Of a stretch of DNA of 64,000 nucleotides, positions 1-10,401 are shown piece by piece (positions within the stretch are counted from its first letter, which is position 1; each line of letters starts with the position of its first letter). This DNA comes from Antedon mediterranea (Eukaryota > Animalia > Echinodermata). Made by a program: the position numbers and the translations under genes. The notes under the pieces are model-generated. The model was not told the origin of the DNA, ran no database searches, and saw nothing but the letters and a program-made list of their open reading frames with translations. The DNA lies in the NCBI RefSeq assembly GCF_964355755.1, contig NC_092679.1, positions 3,440,201-3,504,200 on the forward strand, written 5' to 3'.

Positions 1-133
1 TCGACTGGTCATGACTGTTGGTCATCTCTGCTACATGACTTCCAAAGCATGAAAATCGTCCATGAATTAGTCATGTTTGTTAACAGTAACGTTTAGTACT
101 GCAATCAATTAAAATCACCATGCCATTTCTTAC

Positions 134-3100
134 CTTTACTGGGATTTAACGTTGCAGTATTTGCCAACAGAGGCGCCGTTAAAACATGTATTGAATGCTT
201 ATAGAAGAAATTCAAAAACTCTGTCTTTTCAGTCTTCAACTATGAATAGAAAAAACAAAGAAATAATGTTTATCAATAAATAGTCAACAGTGCCAATTAT
301 GCACACAATGCCAAAACGGTCTATAAGCCAAAGGGGACAGTGGATATGAAAGGATACGGTACTTTATAAAAAATATTATTCTGCGAATGTGTATAAGTCC
401 AGTATACTCCGTTCCGTTTTTATCTAGACTACAAATGGTTGCTTCACGTTCATTTAATCGTGTGTTTTTAATTTAAACTTCGCTAACCAAAGATCTAGCC
501 TGGCTACTACTGAACAGAATCAAGGATTTAAACACTTTAAAGACTTAAAGATGTATTGTCCCCTTGGAAAATAATAAAATAATTTTTTTTGTTGCATATG
601 CCATTTTAATGTCACATAATGGTTATCACTTTGACCAAAATTTAGATCTAAGCTAAATTTATTTACCTGAAAAAAGGCCAAAAAATTGCTAAATTTGCTG
701 CCAGCCAATGGATTTGTTTTTGTTTTCTATGGAAGTGATTAACTTTATTAAAACTACAAAATAACATATTCAAAGTCTGATTTAATTAATCTTCATTTTT
801 CATGTTTTTGGGGGACAATATATCTTTAAAGTCCCTTTCTCACAGATATGTCTGCAATATACCGGTACAGTGCTGGCGTCGTGCCGGTATCGTTACCGGC
901 ATATACCCATTCTCATTGGACTATCGTGCCGGAAATATAACCGGTATATACCGGCTTTCTGTGAGAAAGGAGTTGGGCATATTCGGCCAATAAAAAGTCT
1001 CTGACAAAATAATTATTGAGGGCCTCCTTTATTGTTATTATTTTTGTCTAGGGATATATGGCGGCGAATGTTAGGTTACAGATTATTATCTTCCTTTATA
1101 GCATATTTATGCAATACATGCTATGTACAGTATATTGTGCATATATTATACAGGTACAGCAATTAATTAGCCGTCAATCGGCAATCTGTAAAACACCTTA
1201 GAAGGCTGTACAATTTACAAGGCGACGAAGGGTCAGGCTAGTTAGGCACCAACAAAGAGCTATATGTATGGCCTAGGCCTGCTATAGATTATGCTACAAA
1301 TTTCTTCTTGTCCCCTTATTTTAAGCAGCTCTCTTAAGGCTTGTGCACACCGAACGCGAAGCCGCGAAGCGTCATGCGTCACGCGTCATTCGACGGATCG
1401 CTTTGAAAGTTGAATTGTCATGCGTCTATTAGTTTTTCTTGTCGGTTCCCACTAAACGCGTCACGATCTGCTGATTCGTCGCGATTGCTAGGCCTAGGAG
1501 ATAGTGGGTTGGCCAATACAATGCTACATTTAAAATAATCAGAGAAGATGACTCTGAAGTATTTCCTACGTAAGTTTAACCAGAGAAGAGTTAAATTAAA
1601 ATGTAATTTAACTCTTCCCTGGTTACACCAATCACAGTGTTTGGTTTTGGTGGGAAAATGTTATCCTTTTCCAAAGCTTGAAATGTGCATGATTGTATGT
1701 ATATATCACAAGGACAGAAGAAGATGTATCCAATATCAATACAGTTACAAGAATTAAAGCATTTATTGCATGTTGATTACACGTACATGTGATCTGCTGA
1801 CTGTATTTATTAGAGGTGTTACAAATATCTTTCAACAGAGGTTATTATAACCATATAAAACATTTCATATAAACACGAACTGGGAATCTTCATGGGTTTG
1901 TCACTTTCAAATATAAACTATAGGCCTATATATTAATGTAAAGTTTTCACATTCATTTTCTAATTATTATTAAATATTATATTATTCATGACAAAACATA
2001 CAGTTTTTTTCTCATTTGATTAAATGTAATAAATATCCCAAACTCATAATTACACTGTATATTATCTTATGACTTTTTTTTCACATAAATACACTTATGT
2101 AAATAGTGAATCATTGTTTTTAAAGGTATCATTAAATAATTAATCATTACACTGTATATTATCTTATGACTTTTTCACATAAATACACTTATGTAAATAG
2201 TGAATCATTGTTTTTAAAGGTATCATTAAATAATTAATCATTACACTGTATATTATCTTATGACTTTTTCACATAAATACACTTATTGAAATAGTGAATC
2301 ATTGTTTTTAAAGGTATAATTAAATATCAACCAGATTTTCTTTTTTACTACTCCTGAATACTTTCGCAAAATAATATCAAAATAATAAATTTAAAATGTA
2401 TCATCCCAAAAAAAATGAAAATTGAAGAAATATTATTATTGTTAAAAGTGAATAACTAACCCTAAAGTGTTATACTGTATTACACACAACGAAAATGTTT
2501 TAAATTATATTTTCAGGAAGACAATATATCTTGTCCAAAAAATGTCACTAAACTTAAAAATGTATTGTCCCATAGAATCATGAAAAATGAAGATGATTAA
2601 AATCAAATTTGAATAGGCCATTTTGTAGTTTTAACAAAGTTAATCACTTACATAGAAAAAAAAACCCAAAAAACTTATGTTTTCACTTATAAAATGAAAA
2701 AAATTCCATTAGCTGGCAGCCAATTTGACTATTTTTTTAGTATTGGAGTATAACAAAACATACATATTATATTTCCATGTGTTCTCTATTGCTAAAAAAA
2801 GACATTCAGTTCAGCTTTCCTTCTATAACCACTTAATAAATACTAGTTACAGTCCAACTTCTCCTTAATCTCTTCCATTTTCTATAAAAAAAAAAATGAA
2901 ACAAGTATTAATAAATTGCTATAGTAAGGCATATTGCTCAAATCATTTTTTCTGGCCTATGTATGTCACCAACTGACATACCCATTTGAAAAAAGTCTAT
3001 ACAAACCTGTATCAGCCTCATAATTGCCAGTCCACGTTTTTGAGGAGCAATTGCTCTTAATTCCATGGCAATAATATACTGGCCGCTTAAACTACTAGCT

Positions 3101-6100
3101 TGGTCATTGGTGGAGTTTGTAACGCTGGTAATAGCCTGAAGGATTCCATTTATCAATGTTCATCTAATTGACCTAAAAAAAAAAAACAACAGTATTTATG
3201 TATTAATATTACTACTACTAGGCCTATCCTAGCCTTACAACACTAAATCAACTAAATATTAATTAATAATAATAAGTAGGCTATAGTAGTACTGTACTCA
3301 TATTTAGTAGTACGCTTAACCTAGGCTAGGCCTGGCCTAGCACATAGTAGACTAGTAGGGATTAGTAAGTATTATGTAGGCCTATAAGTACTACTTGGCA
3401 TGGCCTAGCCTACTAGGTTATATGTAGCCTAGGCTAGGTAGGCCTAGCTAGGCCCTATTGCCTAAACCTAGCCTAGGTAGGCCTAGGCTAGAAATAGGCT
3501 TGTCAACTCACTTTACAAATTGATCTCTGACGCGTTTTAGGCCTAGTTTTTCTGGCATTCTTCTACACAGATGTTTGTCTGAAATTATTGTCTTCATGCA
3601 TTAATCCTTATGTTTCTGTCTGTGTATGACTTACTTCCCTTATCGTAAAGACAAGAAGGGTAAGTATTTCCATAAAGACCTCGCTCGTCAGCCACCATTT
3701 TTTTGCCGTCGGTGTCGTCGTCGATGAAATGAGAGATATTCCTGACTTCTGATTGGTTGACGAACGCAAACCGCGCTCGCGACGCCTCAAAAAGTTGACC
3801 AAGGTTCAACTTTTGAAAATTCGCGTGCGAAGCCTTCGCTGCTGTCGTTTTCAACGCGTTGAAGTTGAAATTCGACTATCGTACACTGTTCGCTTGTATG
3901 TTCACACTGGAAGCGTCCGTCGCCTGCCGCGTGCGTCACTTTTTAACGCGAAATTCGCGGCTTCGCGTTTGGTGTGCACCGGCCTTTATCTCATTATCCC
4001 TCCAGTTCGACATTATTATTGTTAATTGAATTGAATCGGCGCCAAAGTGATACACTTGACCGCGCAAGGTGTCTGAAGCCTCGACAGGGAACCCCGGAAT
4101 ATACCGGCGTTACGTTCTCACAGAATGCCCGTCTGGCATTGCGGGGAATATCCCTAGAATATTACTAGGTCTAAAGCAGGTCATGTCGATGCCGGCATGG
4201 TGCCGGCATGATGCCAAGACGACCCGTTCTCACAGAAAACCATACCGGCATGGTAATGGTATATTCCCGCAATATTCCTGGCACTCAGCTCTGTGAGAAA
4301 GGGGCTTAAGTGAAATCTACTGTGATTTTTTTCACTTACTGAGAGAGATCCCATCATGTTTTCAGGATCTAATAATATTCTCACTAAGTTCATAAGTTGA
4401 ATAGCACCTCCCAAATCTGTAAATAAATCAAAATTGTTATAAATTACTGAAAACAAGTAAAAATAATTTACTGATTTTTAAAAGTAAAATGAAAATAAGG
4501 TTAAAGGGCTTGTGTACTAATGAAGGACCACAAAATAAATAGATTACAAACTGTTTACACTATAAAACGAGTGTGATGTGCCCAAATATGGTAGTGATGA
4601 CATAATCGTGTCCAAATTTTTTGTCACATAAAGTTTGATAGTGTAGATAGAGCTTTATACAAAAACTATTAAAAAGAGAGAATATGTTACCTTCATCGGT
4701 ATCACAAATCATTTGTTCAATTAAAACATTCATTAGCAACATATCCTGCAAATTAAATAACGGAAACATTTTAAAAAGCAACCAAAAAAAAGTATATATA
4801 CATTACAAAATAACTAAATTATTATTAAATAAATGATTTTAGAATTTTAATTTATGGCCTTTTCAAATTTGTTTAAATATTTAAAGTTTTGTGGCAAAAA
4901 AAAGTGCATAGGTCTAAAAAGATAAAGAGTTTTAAGCTTTGTCTACACTATCAAACTATTTTGACAAAAAAAGTGTAATGTGCCCAAATATGGTAGTGAT
5001 ATACCCAAATATGGTGGTGATATGACATCATCATGTCCACATAAGGGCACATTACATCAAATAAAGTTTGATAGTGTAGACAGAGTTTTAAGGAAGGTCT
5101 AACTCACGTCCTCAGTCTGTTGTTTTCGTTGGTCCAATATAAACTCGCGTACAAGGGTTGGGTTAAACTCTACAATATAGGCTAGAATGTCCGTCGCCGA
5201 TTGCCGTATTACTGGTTCTTCCATATTTTGCTGTAAGTATAAAGGACATTAAAAAGTTTAATTTGAAAAAAGGCTTAATTAAATGTCTAGGAAATTTATT
5301 ACCGTACCGTAAATCTTCTAATAGTAACCCACACTCTAATAGTAACCACCTTTCTAATAGTAACCCACCTTATAATTTAATCTATAATAATAATAACCCA
5401 CTACTCTAACAAATTTCATGTTCGCCTTGTTGTGTTCATGACAATAAAGATTTATCTTATCTTAATAGTAACCCATGGGGTTACTATTAGAGTCACAATA
5501 ACTTATGATGCAGTCATATTTTGAAAATAAGGAGATAATGCATGTTGATCACTGGAGTAGGGGAGGATTAAAGACCCCTTCCCTGCAATTTTGGACGTTT
5601 TTTGGAAAATAATACATATATATCACTTTAAAAACATTAAACCATGTCATTCCTTGTCTTAAATGTACGTTTATGATAAATTATGATAAAAAGTGAGAAA
5701 CAATGCACTACCTAAGTAGCTCGCGGCGATCGACCTCTCGTGGACGGTCTTGGGCCTAGCCTAGCTAGGCTTAGTTTTGTAGGACTAGCTGGTAAACATC
5801 GGTAACGTACGAACATCATACGCTAGCTATATACCTAGCCTGACGTTGTATAGTTGCTAAATTAATTGTCTTTCTATTTTTGCCAGACTCCGTTGATACA
5901 AATTGGGGAAAACCCGGTATTTTCGCTGAAAAGTTAGGAGTCTTCCATTTGTTTTGGCCTCACACGATCGATCGAAAAGTGGGCAAATTACAGGTGAAAA
6001 ACAAAAATATCAATCCGCGCGCAATGCATTTTGGGATTTATAGCGGGCCGCTATAATTATTAGAATCGACTTATTTTTCACATTTTTAACCGTTTAAAGA

Positions 6101-9100
6101 TGAAAAAGGTTATCGCAATATAAATATAGTTTGTGATCATAAATTAGATCTAAAAAACGTAGGGAAGGGGGCTTTAAGTGTTTTTTGAGTTTATAAAATA
6201 AAGTTAGAGTTCAACCAAATTTGTTTATTCATACTGTTTTATTATTTTGCTATGAGTTGCTGACCGGAAGTTGGGAGTGGGTTACTATTTTAAGGTGCCT
6301 AATTTAAGATTAGTAATAGTAACCCACTACTCTAATAGTAACCCCCTTCTAATTTGTTTGTTTGTTTTTATCTTTAATAAATAAATATTTAGTATGTAGA
6401 TCATGTAATAATCAGAGTTCAACAAGCATACAGTATAGGCAGAAGGTAAAGAGATCTCTTACCAAAATATATCCAAGTGACGGCAGAACACCTAGGGCTG
6501 ATAGCATCTAATAAATAATAGATAAAAATACACACAATAAACAAAAATAATTCAATAATATTTCCACATTTATTATCTAATCAAAAGCTTAAAACTTCTT
6601 CTATAAGATATTTAGCAGAAACATACTGGCATTTAATACTTTATTTACTTATAGGTATCAATGTCTCAGTAAGAATAGATTGATGCAATTTTGCTGGGTA
6701 GAGGTTGAAAGAGATACAGACCTTAAGTCTTCCAGCACAATCTATAGCTTTTCTAAAGCCATATATGAACATGATGATGTCATATCACTACCATATTTGG
6801 GCATATCACTACCTTTTTTGTCAAACTTGATATTGTATACTGTAGTGTACACAGAACTAATGCCTTCCACCCAGCCTAATCTTAACAGCAATCTCTCAAG
6901 AAACCTAAAAGTACTGTTTCCACCCACTCTCAAGCTCTGTCAACACTACATGTACTGTACAAAAAAAGTGTGATCTGCTCAAATATGGTAGTGATATGAC
7001 ATCATCATGATGTCCATATATGGGTACATCACATTTTTGTCACGTACAGTTTGATAGTGTAGACAGAGCTTAAAGCCAATATTCCCTAATATTTTATTTA
7101 CCTTAAAAAAGGCATCCCTATTTTGACAGGTTTGAGCAAACAAACAGAATTCTTTCAAGAATAGGACAAGATCCAGCCGTTTCTCATCGTCCGTGTTGTC
7201 GTCCACTAATTGAGCAAACAGCTGTGGTAGGAACTTCTCATCGTCCTAAAGCATAATGTCAACATGCAAATATCATAATGCAGTTTTACAAAATAATACA
7301 GTGATAGTGGTGGTTATGATGCTTGGGTGCCAATCCAATAGGTCCTGTCATAATGTCAGGTAAAATGAAAAATTACAACTCAACCCCCAAGTAATAATTC
7401 ATAATAACTCATTCTGTTTTACTGAAATGATTGTCCCTTTAAAAACATTAATAATGGAGATTAATAAAAAAATTAATAAAAAAAAGTTGAATAGTCCATT
7501 TTGTACTAGACTTGCCCCAAGTCTGTATTTATTGTCTTTTTTTTTTATTTATTTGTTTTTATTTCGACCGCGATTTTTGTCTGAAAATACAGACTTGTGA
7601 AACACGTATAGAAATCGATTTGCAGACCGCAAACATCCGATAAGAATGACGTAGGTTATCATACCGTATTTGGCTATATGGGGCGGGCGGTATGTAAATA
7701 TGGATTTCGAATCAACCAATGATCATTTTGTTTCAAAATGAAAAAGATCGAGTACGTACAGTGCTGAATGTACGATCGAGACTGAACAACTGTTGATGAA
7801 ATATAAAATCGTGTTGCCAAGTTGTTTTGTTTATTAATTGTTCAATCCTGGCCTAGGCCTCCTTCGTAGGGCTACTCAACTCGTACGTATGACCTGCCAA
7901 TAAATAAGGTACATACCACCACCGACCGGCACACAATAGGGCTACACCACCACAAACACAGAACAGGACAGGGTTTGGGTGGGAATTATAAAATCAAATT
8001 ATCTCCGCATAATATTATGATCCATTCAATGTTTGATTTGGCGGAGAAGCTATGCCTATCATATCAAGACGAGTTTTCATGTTCTTGGGAAATATCCCAT
8101 CAAATGTTTACCAGACTACTAGGCATATAAAATCATTTATAGCCTTCAGAAACTTTCATTAATGTACCCAAGTACACATTTTCTAAACGTAACATAGCGC
8201 ATGCGTATCATCTTAGATGTTGAGTCTTTGAAATTCTGAAATATGAATATTAAAACTGCCTGCGAGTGAGTAGCCAATGGCATGCGGCTGAAACTAGTCA
8301 ACTGGATAATTTATGCACCAAGAATTCTTGGTGTCAAACCACGTGACTTATGCGTGTTTCCCCAGACGGAGTATCCAAACTCAAGTAATACACGTATGAA
8401 ACGCCATATGTGCAAAAATATTTTTATTTTTACTAATATTAAGAAAAAACTCCGTCTGGAGCCCAGACTAATTTTGTACTTGTAATGTTAAAGTTAATCA
8501 CTTCCATTAAAAAAACCGAAAAAATTATGTTTTCACTAATAAAATTACAAAATAAACTGTTAAATTCAACCACAACCCATTGGCTGGCAGCCAATTTAAC
8601 TTTGTTTTACTTTTAATTATAGTTTTTTCAGGTAAATATTTTTTAGTCAAAGTGAATAACTATTATATGATATTAAAATGGCATATTAAAAAATATTTTT
8701 TTAGGGGGACAACAATATATTATTAAATTACAGTTTTTTCATGTAAATACATTTTGTTTTTATCCAATTCTTGGTAAAATTGAATACAGTAACGATTATG
8801 TGACATTAAAATGGGGGACAAAATATCTTTAAAGTTTACCTGAATCATGGTAACTATCTCTATCTTGTTAAAAAATATAAATGAAGTAAGAGAAGACAGC
8901 ATGTTCTCTTCAAAGACGGATGGAGTGGGCAGAATTGTGTCTTGTATGTACTGAACACGATACGTCTGGTGGATTTTGTTCAACAGTTCTCGATTCGTAA
9001 TCGGAATAACCTCTTTGAAACGAGACTTAGAACTCAAGTATTCACGATGTCTGTAAGGCGCTGCGAGCGAGGGGTCGTATTCCAGCACCCCAAGCATCGC

Positions 9101-10362
9101 GTTGATGGAGTCTTCCGAGAACATCATCTCAAGCAACGAGTTTTTATTCAATAAGAATATGTCTTTAAATATCTCATACAAATGATGTAAGCCCTCCAAA
9201 TTTTCCAGATCTTCGCAGATGTGGAATAATTCCAGGAGTCTTTTTACATAGTTTCCGCTCTCGATGGCTTGCGCCAGCTTTTCACGTTTTATCGGTGACG
9301 GAAGCACGCTCGAGAAAAGCTCGGAGATCTCTTCTAGTCTGCTGAGTTCACATGTAGGTAGTTCAATAGGGGGCGCGGCATCGGGCATCTCATCAAATCG
9401 TTCATCTTCAGACTCTTCCACTATGTCCTGGGTGATATCAACTGAAGGATCTTTTCCTTGTACCTGTAAAGACATATATGACTAAATTTAGTAACACCCC
9501 TTTGTACAATGTTAAGTTTTGTACCACCAGGCCCATTTAACAGCATCAGATTGGAAGCAAGAGAAATTTACATACAGTGCTTTGGGACACCCGTATTCAG
9601 GGGTCACATTCAGGGGTCACATTCTGTGAAACGAACGTTGGAAGTATAAGTTTTAACACTACAGTCAAACCCTATCCAGGGGATACCTCTATTAAGATAA
9701 ATATCTTTAATTCGGACCTATGTTTATACTACCATACCTCACATATTTTCTGCCATATTTCATCACAACCAGCTTTTTCTTGGAAACTAAGTGCAAGATC
9801 ACAAGTTTCATTCTCAGACCACACAATTAAAGTTTCCTGCAATTACAATATTAATGTTATTATTATAGTATTAATAGTTTATCTTATATAATAATTGTCA
9901 CCTGTATGTGACAAGTGGTAGATATCGTCTGCCGGGGAATCCGTCTGCCGGCCTCCCGCACTGAACGATATCTTCTCTCCTTCCTTCCACAAGCGATTAA
10001 ACTTTTCAATAAAAATTGATGAAAAATACTGTAAATAGTTCTGCATTTTATTGTTTTATGAGGGCGTATCAATTTGATCTCTGTTGCGCGTGCGTACAAC
10101 TGAGGACTAGTGCTGTTCCGCCGTACTACGCCAAGAATGTTAAAGAGTCGTTATCCAATCGAGTTCGAACAATACCATGAAAGCCCCAGTGGTCTAATGG
10201 TTAGGACATCTGCATATCAAGCAGGCGGTCCGAGTTCGAGTCTCGGTTGGGGCGACTTTTTCTCATTCTCACAGATTTCCTCATCTTTATCGTTTCAAAT
10301 TAATTAATTAAATTTCAGTATATCACCGGGCGGTTTCGAATTAATGTTCATTGCCTAATGTG

Positions 10363-10401
<39 letters not shown>

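Larger units (their letters stand above)
1337..3985 (-). mobile_element. PIF/Harbinger element with degenerate MADF (Myb/SANT-like) gene
   Basis: About 32-bp TIR (AGGCTTGTGCACACCGAACGCGAAGCCGCGAA vs AGGCCGGTGCACACCAAACGCGAAGCCGCGAA), TTA TSD at 1334-1336 and 3986-3988; no transposase ORF recognised. Confidence 0.8.
830..4306. mobile_element. Outer Harbinger-like non-autonomous element (TAA TSD) carrying a nested insertion
   Basis: Left end AGTCCCTTTCTCACAGA, right end TCTGTGAGAAAGGGGCT, TAA on both sides (827-829, 4307-4309); subterminal TTCTCACAGA and ATACCGG repeats at both ends. Confidence 0.6.

Noticed and set aside
3594-4456. Cluster of short ORFs on both strands
   Set aside because: GC-rich transposon subterminal sequence; only the MADF fragment and the PPP4R3 exon 4340-4416 are supported.
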